A DNA stretch of 64,000 bases from Spizellomyces punctatus DAOM BR117 (Eukaryota): NCBI GenBank assembly GCA_000182565.2, contig KQ257450.1; one strand, written 5' to 3'. The stretch's first letter is position 1. Each line of letters begins with the position of its first letter. The notes under the pieces are model-generated. The model searched no databases, was not told the origin of the DNA, and saw nothing but the letters and a program-made list of their open reading frames with translations. Shown piece after piece: positions 47,376 to 60,693 of this stretch. Both the position numbers and the translations under genes were made by a program.

Positions 47376-48765
47376 TCATACATAGGGATCTTATAGAGTA
47401 GTGTCAGGTAAAATTTTGGTTTTAATTTCAGGACCAAACATCAATTCAATGCGACTCACCGTAAGGATCGTCTAGGCTATCATCGCTGCCGGCATCAGGA
47501 TAATCATTCGCCCAATAATCCTCGGCATTAGAGTCCTCGTCATCGTCAAGATAATCAGACGAATCATCATCGTCCGCTACGAAAACATCATCGTCCTGCT
47601 CCCAAGTTCTATCCGTGGTCCAATCAATTTTGATCTACGATATAGTACGTGTCAGGTCGGGTTACTTACAACTCAGCAACCTTGGCATTCGGCGCGGGCT
47701 TAGCGGAATTGTCGAGGTAGTAGAGGTCCCAAACATACTCATCCTCTTTTACTTTCTCGTCACCCTCTGTTACTGAAGAAGGATAAGGAGAGTGGAATTG
47801 GGCATCCGCACTGGACGTCTTACCTCGAAGATATTCTCGCACCATCGGCATTAAGTCAGATATAATATCATCGTCAGACAATGGGGGTTTCTTTTGTGAC
47901 ATATATGACCCGGTAGAGTCGTGTTCTCCTTCCTCTGCAACATCCAGCAACTATGCCCGTCGGTTAGCGTACCGCTACATGTACAAGAGTTTAGGGAGGG
48001 CATACATTATATGGGAGCGCATCATCCGAAAACTGACGCCGATTTCTGAGAACCTTAAACCGAGCGGCTTTGTTTTCTACCTGGAAGCAGGCAGATTATG
48101 AGCGACTTGCCAATCACATAAAGCGGGTGGACCTACACTTTGGTTCTCAACCAGATCTTTCCTACGTCCCTCAGGACTCCTGTCCCATTGAGTCATTGTT
48201 TTCAATGACTGTTTACCGCTACGTGACGCTCGCAAACGATCCAATGTGACCTAGCTATTGGCGTAAGTCGGGCCTACCACACCCTAAAACATCCAAGTCG
48301 ACAGAGGCAATTAAACTCACTCGCAATCGGCCCGCGTCTTCAATGTCTTGGTTCTCAACAGTATCTGCAAGTGTGAAGATTCTGGAGATATCTATGGGCA
48401 AAGAGCAGCCGTCAGTTTGTGTTGTTTTACGACGAATGGATTCGTCCTACCCCCAGTCCCCATCCTCGCCTTCTTGCCCTGCCGCTCAGCCTCCTCGTTT
48501 GCAATGACTAAAGGACCCGTATTAGTGCCATCCAAGTGGAAGTGCCAGTCTCAAACTGACTTAGCGCATCGATTGGATCTGCATTTCGTTTCCGCTTAAT
48601 GCGGAGAACGGTCGGAGTAGTGGACTCTGGCGGGACTGATATCGATGTCCCAGGCCTTTCCACAGGCGGTTCTTCTGTCTGGCGAGTAGCAGACGGTATT
48701 TGACTTTCGACTGACGTTGGCATTGTGTGTTTGCTTTGCACATCAATGTCTGGAGATGGGTCCAT
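47376..48765 (-). CDS. IWR1: RNA polymerase II nuclear localization factor Iwr1/SLC7A6OS family
   Basis: PTVLRIKRKRNADPIDAL, LMPMVREYL, DEYVWDLYY and DDEDSNAEDYWANDYPD. Confidence 0.88.
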
Positions 48766-49340
48766 GCATGCAGACAACCGGTTCGGGCTAAGCCACACAG
48801 AACGTAAACAAGATACGGAAACAAGTTGCAAGAATTGCAAATAATGGGGGATGCTGCGGTTTGTTTCCAGGTCGTCACATTTAGTGGGCTGTCCCAAAAA
48901 TCATATATCCCAATCATTAATACACTATGCTTATCGTCGTTCCACGCCCTCCCCTAAGTCCTCCCTGCGCTCATGATCTATCATAGGTCGAGGGGCTGGC
49001 CCTTGGCCCAATACAACTGCAAAGGTGCAACAAAACGTTCAGATATCAGATCCGCTGCACTTCCACACTTGGTATTCTTACCCCTCTTATACATTGCATA
49101 GGTAAGGTAGATCATGACAGGGGTTGTCGCTATTATTACCGTCCAACTATCGCAAATCCGTGAGGATACAGCCTATAGGGAGAGTTTCTAGGACTCCTTG
49201 ATCGAATGCATCGTACTATACCTTCTTGCCCTGTCCTTGGCAACCGCCCGCATAAAGAGCCCCATAGTAGAGGACTTGGCAAAGTGGAAAAGGTTTGTAA
49301 AGTCGCTTGCAAGAGACGACAGGACAACTGTGCCATATTC

Positions 49341-49354
49341 ATTGCTATAGCAAC
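49341..49354. promoter_or_regulatory. RFX/Crt1 X-box-like element upstream of MLH3
   Basis: ATTGCTATAGCAAC, 155 bp upstream of the MLH3 ATG. It differs at one base from the GET4 element. Confidence 0.55.
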
Positions 49355-49508
49355 CATTGAGTGCACTCTTCCCACAATCGTCTTCCCAAAGCCTTTGATT
49401 CCGGGGCGGGTCATCCCACGCTGGTTACTCTGCCTTATGTCACTACCTCTGTTGATGGCCTATAGTGGCCCTCTTTCATAACATTAGTTCTCAGAGGTCT
49501 GAGCAAAT

Positions 49509-52500
49509 ATGTCCATCCAAAGGCTACCAGAAGATGCTGTCAGGCGACTACGATCAGGTGTGGTCATTGGGTCTATGGCACAATGCGTAGTCGAACTGGT
49601 TCACAATGCCCTTGACGGTGCGGCAACTGTGGTGGAAGTCCTCGTTGACCCAACGGCAGCGTCCCTTCAAGTAACAGATAATGGCCTGGGGATCAATCCT
49701 GAAGGGTTTAAGTTGATTGGGCAGCGCTATGGTATGGGCCCTGCTAGGCTAGGCACACTGCAGACGCCCACATTTTTTTGCTCACTGTATTCAAAGTCAC
49801 ATCGAAGGCTGGAAATGAGGATGGAGATCGCACTTACGGCTTTCGAGGAGAAGGTTGGTGCATCGACGCAGAATTCAGAGGGTGTCTAGTCCCTTATCTA
49901 GTAACATGAAATGCAAAATGCAGCGTTGGCAAGTATAGCAGAGATATCCCGACTGGAAATCGTTAGCAGGAGCAATTACCTACAAACCTATTCTTTAACC
50001 TTGAAGGTACCTATTTTACGCCAACAAATGTGTGAAGAGGACGAGGCATTTTGACGAATGAACACCTAGGGAGGAAGTCAGATATATTTTGGGCCTGCTT
50101 CGGTTGGACGAAGGCGGGGAACTACGGTTATCGTCAGAGACATGTTCTACAAGGTAGCCCGTACTCTTTCGTCTAATGAGCATTACGAGCTTGACATCAA
50201 TGGACCGTAGTACCCTGTTCGCCGAAAAAGGCTGCTGGAGGAAAATTCTATCGAAGGAATCAAGCGGGCTTTGGAACGGATTGCCCTGGCACGTCCTTAC
50301 CTGACTCTCACATTAATTGATCAAAGCAAGGATGTGAAACTGCTCGCTACCCACAAGGTTGGAGGCAGCGTAGTTCAATATAGGATGTGATTAGCGCCCA
50401 ATGATTAAACAGCCTTACAAGCAGGCAAACTGCGCTATATCCATTTTCAGACAGCTTTTTGGGATATCCGTCTCACAGGTATATGGTATATTCTCTTGCA
50501 TACAAAGTATTTGCGGAACCATTAAGGATGGTTGTTTTCTGTGGTAGGATTTAATATCCATTAACAAAAGCAGACATGGATACGTTCTAGATGGTTTCAT
50601 TTCTTTGAAAGGTTTCCCCTCCAAGGTACAACTGATAGCCAAATGCCGGTCGTGTCACTCTGTCTGACCTCCCATCCCTATTTCAGTATCATCAGTACCT
50701 TTGTAGGATTCTGTCTTCCAATTACAGCACCATGATATTTTCTTACATGCTTGCCGTTAGATATCAACGAGCATTTCATGGCGCCAAACCCTTTACATAA
50801 GCTCATCAACAGCACTATAGCAAAAAGCAGCTTTGGTATGCAGGTGAGACAACAGGTTACGACTTTACATCATCGGCATCTTACGGAGGCTGAACTGCTA
50901 GGAAGAGGATGAATCGGTCTGCTTGGCCCTAGACAAAACCTCGCCCACAAAAAAGAGTATGTCGCAACCCTTCCAGGAATGCAGAGGGTGGCAATATTAA
51001 GAATCACACCATCCACCTTGTTTGCTGGCAGAGTACAGCACGAAAACAGTGGAAAAGTACCCAATTTTCTTCTTGAAGCTGAAATGTCCACCAAACACCT
51101 GCGACCTCCTTTTAGATCCCGGGAAGAGCATTGTGGAGTTTCAGGCAAGCAGATAGTGTTTCTTCTATCTAACATTGCGCGGCTAGTGAGTGACCATTGT
51201 TTTCAGGAATGGGACACAGTTCTAACTTTGGTCGAGGATGCCGTGACCGAATTCTTGATAGAACATAATTTTCTTAACGATGCTGCTGAAGGGACGTCAG
51301 TGATGGGTCAGACATCTGATATGGAGTCGGACGAGTCATCAAGTGAAATGTGCTCGCCAAACGTGGAAAGGATCAACAGAACACTCGCGTTTGAGCATGC
51401 TTTACCTATCAAAAGCGCCAACGCATTTTCATTAGAAGAGCTACAAAGCACCTCCGTGTCGCTAAATACTCCACGTCCGGTGTTCGAAGGGGAACAATTT
51501 GAAGACAATTCAGTGGGAGGGGAGTTCAGCGTCTGGAGCAACCCAACCACGCAAGGAAAATACTGGATCGATAGAAGAACTGGCAACTCGTATGTTTTTA
51601 TGTTGCCAACAGAGCGGAACCCTTGTCATTGGAGATAATCTATCAATCAATTCGTAGATACCGTTCTTTACCTGGCCAGAACGCAAAAGGCCCCTCTATG
51701 CAGAGCGAGAACAATCGCGTTGACAAACGAAGTTTGCGAGTGCGGCGTCTCAACAGTACGGCAAACAGTACATTAAACAATTTACGGATGGATGATTCAC
51801 TTCGAGTAAGTTACCTCGAGGGTTGGCTTTATTTTCGCATTCTCTAATCAATTGCCACATTTCAGAAATGGAATAATCCTGTTTTCAAACGCACGGAAAG
51901 GCAACTACCCTCGTTCACTCTCCCTAGTGAGAGCCACGCACGCTCGTTTGCTCAGAAGGCAAACCAAACGTTTAACGGACTGCCCACAGAAGAAATTGTG
52001 GAAAACATCAGCAAGGGTAGTTTAGACCAACTCCGGGTCATAGCGCAGGTGGACAACAAATTTATCGCCGGGAAGCTGGCCCAGGCCTCATCAGATACCG
52101 ATCTTTTGGTGATTATTGACCAGCACGCCGCGGATGAGCGGGTGCGTTTGGAGGCTTTGCTTGCAGAGTTACATCAAGCGGGGGGATCGGACGATAATGT
52201 TGGGAATGATAATGGTGATGAAGGAGAATGTATCGTTGATGTCATGAAGCTGGATCCACCTTGTCGGACTACTATGCAAGCGCGAGAAGCACAAGCTGCC
52301 CTTCGCCATCACTCTCGATACAAACGATGGGGCATCTTCTTCTCATGTCCTGATCTCGAGGGTGGCGCCAACAAACGTGAACAGGCGCTGGCGAAACCTG
52401 ATGCAACTGTTCGTATTGAAGTTGATCGCCTACCACGGTTGATTGCGGATCGGTGTGTCGTTGATCCTGGTGTGGTCAGGGACTTGATAAGACAGCATTT

Positions 52501-53009
52501 GTATTGGCTTGAAGAAGGAGCGGAACGTGGAGGATTGGGAAGCAAGTGCCCGAGAGGTATCTTGGAAATATTAAATTCCAAGGCTTGCAGGTAGGACTCG
52601 TATGTACTCATGGCAATTGCTTTCTGTCTGACGTCTTCAACTCTTTATCCTCAGATCGGCCATCATGTTTGGGGATCCATTGACAAAAGCGGACTGCACG
52701 AAGCTGATCAACAAACTCATCAAATGCAAGGTATGTGTGTTAGTGGCATTCCTGTAAAGTAGACTATTCTGGCTGATTACTGTGCCAATTACTATTCAGT
52801 TCCCTTTCCAGTGTGGTACGTCTTTTTGCAAAGCAAATATTTATCCTTTTAACTCTGTCCACTAAAACCGTTTAGCTCACGGCCGGCCAACAATGGTTCC
52901 CATTGCACATATTGGGAAAGTGATGCGGACAATTAGGCGTTCAAAGAACGGGATCGGGATGAATAAGCGAAGCATAAGATGGGATGCCTGGAGAAAACGC
53001 ACTGGATAG
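49509..53009 (+). CDS. MLH3: DNA mismatch repair protein Mlh3 (MutL gamma)
   Basis: GHKL motifs ELVHNALD, DNGLGI, TYGFRGE and GTTVIVRDMFYK. Endonuclease motif DQHAADERVRLE, SKACR/SAIMFGDPL and FPFQC/AHGRPT. Many short introns and micro-exons. Confidence 0.95.
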
Positions 53010-54570
53010 CCCTGTACGCAACATAAAACCAGCGGCAGAACCATGGTTGTGGGGATAAGTTCCCGTGCGTACACCATCCAGATGGACCTGTTTATCAACG
53101 TATGACGCATGTCTACTACAAGTTTCAGTAACGTTTGCTCCGTGGACACCTTTACCCATGGCATGTTGGGAGAGTAAGAGAAACATGACCATGTATCTGA
53201 AAGACTGACAATCTCCTCAATGGGCTCCTGCCTGCGAAACTACTCATTGCCCGATTCCTGCACGTACAAAGTAAATTATAGAAGCAAGTTTTACTTGTTC
53301 ACAAACATAACCACCCTGTGTATATAGTTCACAATTACTATTCATAAAGGATCTGGATGTGTGCCGTAAGTGAATTATGAATTGTAGACACAGGCGTCAA
53401 CAACTTTAGATGATGACATCCCCTTCGGCCACGGCTTTGAGGATGCGGTTGCCGTCTGCCTCAGGGTGCCTTCGACTGCAAGCGCAACGGCACAGCTTGA
53501 ACAAAGCCTGAACGACTTAAAGAGTTTAGCAGTCCTGTAATACTAGGATGCCAGTAATGCAGAAAGACAATGGATTGAGCTCTCGCACGGTTTTGTTCCG
53601 GTCGAGTTCTTAAGTTGCTGCGTCAGAGGATGGCAGATGAGATATGACCTCTGTGATTGTGACTCCAGATTCCGTCCACAATAAATTCAAAGGAGTGGAA
53701 GCCAAGACTTCATCCTGCTCTGCACTACAACCAGCTCCCTTGGTACCATCAAACACACTTTCAACTAGGAAATTAACGATTAAATTGAAGAGTGTCCACA
53801 TGAACAGAAGACTCTGTGACAGTTGCCCAAAAGTACAAGACACGTAGATAACTGTGAAAATTGGAGCGCAGAGGCCATGCATATACCCATATTTTCCCTA
53901 CTTCTGTGCCGGTGCAACCCTGGCTTTTGACATACAGAGTTCACTTTGGCGGTGTTCGGTCACCTCTCTTCTAAAAGCCTGATCAAATATGAAAACGCAC
54001 GACATGTTGCAGCATGAATACAGGGAGCTCTAATTGTCCAAAGGATGGACTGTTTATGCAAATAAAAATGGGATGCCAAAACAACACAATCTCAGTGGGT
54101 ATCTGCGTCGACGAGTATCGACAATTCTGAACTCCCGCGTAAGGACTTAAGATGAATGTTTACCCTCCCTTGTTGAACTGGCACTTAAGTGATGCTAATG
54201 TTTGCAACCAGAAAACGACCGCCTAATGTGATGCGCGGAAGTCAAGAGTGCTTTCAAACCCCTACATCGTTTAAAGTCATGCGTAATCACACACGTGACA
54301 GAACATATCATGACTGTGCCAACATTCATCAAAACTTTGCCATTACCTACGAAAGCGAAAAGAAGTTAAGGCGGCGTGTGAATTTTGTTTTTGGGCAGGT
54401 AGCGACAAGCAATTTACTAGCATTTCGATAGGAATCCTCTGGTTCACAAACCAACTTTTATTTCGCCGCTTTTGCGAAGGAGATTGGCGAATAAGGAAAT
54501 ATCGACATTAGTGCCTTTGTTGAAAACAGGAGCCATCGGTCAAGTTGAAGCTCGAATTGCGCTGGTGACC

Positions 54571-57107
54571 ATGAGTCAAGTCTATGTTACTCCCGAGCCG
54601 GCACCCAGTGATACTCCTGAGGCTACCACAACCAAGCAGGCAACTCACGAGCCGCAATTCCTGAAGACAGACTCGGCAAAAAGCTTCTCGACAACCAATG
54701 GATTTGGTGTTGACTCGGGATATGGAGGAGAGCATTCCCAGGCTATCTTTGCGGAGAAACGAACTCGTCTATTGACACTAATCGCGGGAACAAAAGGTGT
54801 CTTGAGAGATCTCGTCGGTCCGACAGGAACTGTATCGCATACACTCCGATATCCATCTGGTGCTCTTCGCAAGGCGTTTGGTTCCAAACCCCCTACCCGC
54901 CGCACATCATCAACAGAGGACGATTCGCAGCCTCCTGCTTCCCCCATTCCCGTCGCAGCAGAGCCCCCGACAGACTCGGTCACACAAGGACTCCGTGTTC
55001 TCCAGCTGGACCTGAAGTCGTACAGCTTTAAAGGTCCTGCCTCTCAAATTGATTCAGATGATCATAGTCTTATTTCGCAGCTCTTGGAGAGTAAAATAAT
55101 TGAGTGCAGACAACACTTGGACCGGTTGAATGCGCGAATCTCGGACACACGATCGAGAGTCCTTGTCACCGGTGACCTGAACGCTGGGAAGAGTACATTT
55201 GTCAATGCCGTTCTTCGACGAGAGATTGTTCCGGATGATCAGCAGCCTTGCACTGCCTTGTTTGCTGAAGTGGTGGATGCGGACCAGAACGACGGCGTTG
55301 AAGAAGTGCATGGAATTCGTGACCCCATCAAATATGATCGATCGGATCCAACAACGTTCGAGCGCTTTGATTTCCGGAATCTCAGACATGTTGTCGAAGA
55401 CAATGAGGAGGACTACGAGTTGCTGAGGATATATTGTCGAGACCGCCGCGCAAAGACACACAGCTTGCTGCATAATGGGGTTGTGGATATCAGTCTAATC
55501 GATTCGCCTGGTTTGAACATTGACTCCATCAAAACAACGGCGTTATTCTCGCAACAAGAGGAGATTGACGTGATTGTCTTTGTTGTTAATGCTGAGAATC
55601 ACTTTACGCTTTCTGTAAGTCATCATATCATTGACCTGCTAGTACACCCGAATGATGTTGAGCTTTCAGGGACGTGATTTCTTGACCACAGCTGGGAAGG
55701 AGAAGGCATATATATTCATTGTCGTTAACCGTTTCGATCAAATCCGAAGGAAGGATCGATGCCGGAGAGATATCCTTGAACAGATTCGGCAGATTTCCCC
55801 AGCGACTTACGACGATGCAGATAATCTTGTCCACTTTGTGAGCGCCAAGGAATGCCTCCATCATCCGGAAGGAGCAGACGCTGCTGGAACAATGGTCCCA
55901 GATTTCCATAAAATGGAAGAGGCCCTTCGTTCCTTCATCCTCGAAAAGCGCGCACGTTCCAAACTTGCGCCTGCGAAGATATATCTCCACAACCTATTGT
56001 CGGATGTCATGGATATATCACAGTACAACAGCTTGGCTTCAGCCAATACTGCTACGCAAATCATGAAAGATATGAAGGACAGCGCCCCTGCGTATGATCG
56101 AATGGTACAAATAAAAGAACAAGTTTTGGACGATATTGATAAAACCATCGACGAGACCGGACTTCTTGTTCAACAGCACGCACAGCAACAGCTAGCTCAG
56201 TTTACAGATCACTTGGATGCGTTTACCGAGCATGTGGAATGGAATGGGCCGCTTTATGTGTGGCAGTATGCACGTGATCTTCGGAATAGAGTCTACAGCA
56301 TCGCTGCATTGCGTGTACGGCGTTGCGAAGAGTTCGCACGGGATAAGGCAATTTCCTGTTTGAAGGACATTGAAAGTGTGGCTGCGACATGTATGAGTGT
56401 CCCACCGTCTATCGACGTTGATGTCGTCACCGGTGCCTTCGAAGGGGACGTTGGTAGCGCACCAGGTTCTAAGGCACTGGCTGGAAACGGGTCAGTTGCG
56501 AAGATTGTTCCGATGGACGTCGCAGAATTCTTTGACCACATAGATAAAGCAGAGTTGGCCAAGGAGTATGTACCAAGTTTGGGTCTGATTATTGGAGGGC
56601 TTGTTGGATATAAGCGTATGGCGACACAAATGTGGAGGGCTGGAATGAGTGGAGCGAGCACAGGGAGATTAGCATTTGCTGGACTGACTATTGCAGGTAT
56701 GTGGTTCGATTCTTTGTTTGATCATAATGCTCAATGCGCTGATCGTGCACTATTGAATGCATCTAGGCATAGGGATCTTCCTCTATGTTCTTTCTGACAT
56801 GAAAAACAGCGTCGAACGCAAAGTCGTCAGGAAGATGCGGGAGCATTTTACCGAAGTCGGTTTTGTGGAAAGCAATGTCGATCGCGTCGCAAAAGGCACC
56901 CGACGTGTCCTCCGTCTTGCCATCTGGGAGTTCCAAAACCAGTTCCAAAGGATTCTAACAGAAAATCAACGGAAGAGAGAAAATCAGATGCGAAGTATCG
57001 AGCTTGCTCGAGCAGATAAAGCCTTCTACGATGATATGGCATATCGAGCAGCTGAGTTGGTGCGGGAGGTAGATGCGATTGATTTGGAGGAGAAGATGGT
57101 CGTGTAA
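54571..57107 (+). CDS. FZO1: Mitofusin, mitochondrial outer-membrane fusion GTPase
   Basis: VLVTGDLNAGKSTFVNA, DQQPCT, LIDSPGLN, EEIDVIVFVVNAENHFTLS, VVNRFDQIR and RSKLAPAK. Two C-terminal hydrophobic segments and two introns. Confidence 0.95.
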
Positions 57108-57426
57108 ATGCGGAGACCGGACGGTTGTAGGTAGGCGTGGCGTGTGAGCCTAGTTTGCAAGTCAGCACTTTTTCATATATCAGATAGGCACCATAGAGGG
57201 AGCGACAGGCAGTCTCTCGTGGACTTTTTTTTGGGGGATGAGTGTCGAAATTCCACATTTTCTGCACTCATCATTTTACGTACAAAGCATGTAGTGGGAG
57301 TAGTCATCCGAATTCCAAGTTGAATATCAACCTTTCTTAACTCAAAGACGGCTATGACCGTGGCTAACTATACAGACCGATTGAAGTGGCTCGAATACAC
57401 GTTTTGAATCAAATGATCTAACTCAT

Positions 57427-58090
57427 CTATTTACCAACGAGCCCCACAGCTTCTATTTCGACCAACACATCTCTTGGTAAGCGAGCAGCTTGGACAGCAG
57501 AACGGGCGGGTCGCGCGGAGCCAAAGATCTCAGCATAAACCTCATTCATCTTTGCAAAATCATTCATGTCCTTGTCGAATCAATTGAAAAAGGGGTCAAG
57601 CAAGGCCTCACGGACGAAACGAGTGACCACTCCTCCAAACCCTATTCTACGAGAGAAGACTTCTTAATCTTACCTTGAGGAAAACAGTAGTTTTCACTAC
57701 CTTATCTAACGAAGAATCGGCTGCCTCCAAAACCGCTTTCAAATTGGTCAACGCCTGACGAGTTTGCTCCTGGATGCCACCAGCAACGCATTCCATCGAC
57801 TTGGGATCTATATTAGATGAGTACAAGATGAACGCGTTATGCACTACGATGGAACGAATGGAATGGACGTCCTATCCATGCCCAAGAAAGCGGGGGCAGT
57901 ATGGAAGCTGGCTTACTCAAACCTTACCGAAAGGAATCTGCCCAGCTGTGAAAACAAACCCATTGGCGACGATCGCCTGAGAATAGGGCCCGATAGCCTT
58001 TGGAGCGTTCTCAGTGCTGACGTGAGTGAGGCTGGACATTGTGCGTGTGAAGAGAGCGTGCTTTGGAAGGTTGAAGACACGAGAGAGCAT
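57427..58090 (-). CDS. RidA/YjgF/YER057c enamine-imine deaminase (Mmf1/Hmf1-like)
   Basis: [63 protein letters not shown] and [22 protein letters not shown]. Confidence 0.93.
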
Positions 58091-59256
58091 CGTTCAACGA
58101 TCTTGCACAGTGCAATGTCCATTTGTCAAACCGCGTTGCTATGAGCGGTGACTAGGGACTCCCCACGAACACCAATCTTGAAACCACAGGCTGACAGACC
58201 ATCAACAAGTGGACGATCGCTATCTTCTGCACATGGGTATATTATTGACGTATCAGCATTTAAAGATATCTATATTCAGTCTATGTTGGCCACTGGAACG
58301 TAAAAAGTCCAGCACACAAAGGTCACCATTGGAAACCCCAAACTTGCACCCCCACACACTCGAAATCTGAACCATAAGCTGTACCCGTAAGGGGCTCATT
58401 GTCGTACGTGGTACATGTCGAGGTATGTCCCCGTTGGAGTTGATCGTCAAGCCACAGTCCAAAAGCCCCAGTCCTGCAGAAGCAAGATCAGCTGCATTAA
58501 AAGAGCCAACAAGCTACCAAAAGAGCTACTCACCCTCCACCAAAAGCAACACTAGCACCTGTTTCGCTAAGAATGTAGTAATCGTTCTTGCCGGTAGACA
58601 GATATACGGTAACGTTGTCGCGCTCATTCAACCTCCAGAGAAATCTTGGTATGCGAGACATATGAATTGATTATCGTATCCGCGGGGGCTCACACGCAAG
58701 AACTTACGAAGAGCCATTCCCATAATAACCCTTCCTCATTCCTAGTGTTTCGCTTGCGAATGCGCCCATTATTCTCCCGTGTGTGTCTTCCAACACCAAT
58801 AGTGCCGGCCCAGTTACCAATCGAAAGAGCGTCGCGAGACTAATCCCGTGTTGGTCTGTGGCATATAGAAGCTCCCATTTCGTGGATTCACGAAGGAATG
58901 GTGGAAGATGCGGACGAATCTATTGAGCAAGTTTAACAAACTAGGTCTTTGTCGTCGTCGTCGCCCACCAGAAAAAATACTGTTCCACCTGTTCTGCCAT
59001 TTGCTCAGTTAAGATAATGTCGGTATCCTCACTGCGGCCAAGTAACTGCACTGGTCTCGGTTGCTGGCTTGTGTCCCATATAGGGGATAATGCTGATGTT
59101 ATAGATGATTCGTTATTCATTTGTCCGGGAGATCCCATTGTTTTTGTAGTCGGGAAGGTTGAGCCCAAGAAACGCGTTCTGGTAATGTCATGACCTCACG
59201 CAAAACCAAGTTTCGGGTCACATCTCCATTCTAGCGCTTACCTGCGAATACACAAG

Positions 59257-60693
59257 ATGCAAGCAGCACCTCTCCCACCACATATTTCACCTGTTCCTTC
59301 GACGCCCGGCGCACACTACACCCTCGTTGGAAGTCATGTATCCCTCTTCACAGCAAAACTTCGCTCCTACCTTATCCACAAAGGGCTGCCCTTTCAAGAG
59401 GTGCTCCCCACAGCCAAGGTATACGCTCAAGTCATACTCCCTCGTACTGGCATAGCGATGATACCCGTGCTGGTATCGCCCGACGGTAGACATGTGTGGG
59501 GCGATACAAAATGCATCACAGATCTTTTGGAAGAAAATTGCGGCGGAATGTGGATGCGTCCTCCTGTAGATCAGCCCAAGCAACGTTTCGTGACAGATAT
59601 GTTGGAGCTTTGGGCGGATGAGTGGGCGGTCATGTGTGCCATGCACTATCGCTGGAGCTTCCCCGAACAAAGAAAGTTCATCGAGTGGGAGTTTGGGAGA
59701 ACTTCCGGGCTTCGGGGGACTGAGGAAGAAATATGTGACGTTGGGCGGAAGGTATCATTCAGTTTGATCGTAGTCGCAGCTTGGATGAGGTACCGATACG
59801 CTTTGCTACATAGTTGTCAGGTCGCTTCTCGGGATTGTTACCCATTCTGGGCGTAACACCTACGACAATTCCGACGATTGAGAGACAGTTTCAACGGCTT
59901 GTTCGCAACCTCAAGGCACATATTGGAAAGCATGACTACCTCTTGGGAGGGAGGGCGACATTGGCTGATTGTGCACTGGCCGGACCCTTATATGCGCATC
60001 TGCTCCGGTTAGTTTGCCCTTACTCAAATGAGTTTGCGTACCCCTAACTCCGATTTCTGCAGAGATCCGATACCAGGAACGATCATAAAAACAACAGCCC
60101 CGTCCGTCGCTGACTACATTGAAAGGGCTGCGGGCTTTCTACCATCGCGTGGCCATCCTGCCCGCCCTCTTGATGTAATTGAGCATTCGGAGAGGCACGA
60201 GCCTATACAATTCAAGAATGCCCCCGCGAAGCACATTGTGCTTCCAAACGACGCTATCCCAACATCTCTATTTCCCTTGCTACTGCCCATTTTCCGTGAC
60301 ACTATACCTTATGTGATAACTGCGGCGAACGCCTTGCATGAATGGATTGCACGTCATCCAGATGCGAAGGAAGTGCCCCGCTCGGTGGGGACGGTTGAGT
60401 TCAAATTGTGGGATGAAGAGCTTGGTTGGGTTGTGGGTCGCCGGCAGAGCTTCACTCATACAGTGTGGATGGCGAAGCGATTAGTAAATACATTCAATTC
60501 GCTGAACCAGGAGGGGAAGAACGATGTTCGAGAATTTTTGAGGGACTTGGAGCAGTTTACATCTGGAGGGGAGAAAGTGAAAGCGTTGGATTGTTTCGAG
60601 CATCTGCGAGAAGCCGTGGAACGATGTGACATAACTGCAAAGGGAGCGCTGGTGATAATGAAGGGTGTGTCTGGTGGGACACCGCGCTTGTAA
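59257..60693 (+). CDS. Glutathione S-transferase-like protein (bacterial-type GST family)
   Basis: SLFTAKLRSYLIHKGLPF, MIPVLVSPDG, GDTKCITDLLE, ADEWAVMCAMHYRW and YLLGGRATLADCALAGPLYAHL. Introns at about 59752-59813 and 60008-60062. Ends GTPRL*. Confidence 0.85.

Noticed and set aside
53410-53511. Box C/D snoRNA candidate (ATGATGA ... CTGA)
   Set aside because: No convincing terminal stem or recognisable rRNA guide, and the same stretch reads as an open frame. It needs a snoRNA scan.
30029-57107. Mitochondrial dynamics cluster (MDV1 and FZO1)
   Set aside because: They are more than 20 kb apart with many unrelated genes between them, so this is likely coincidence.
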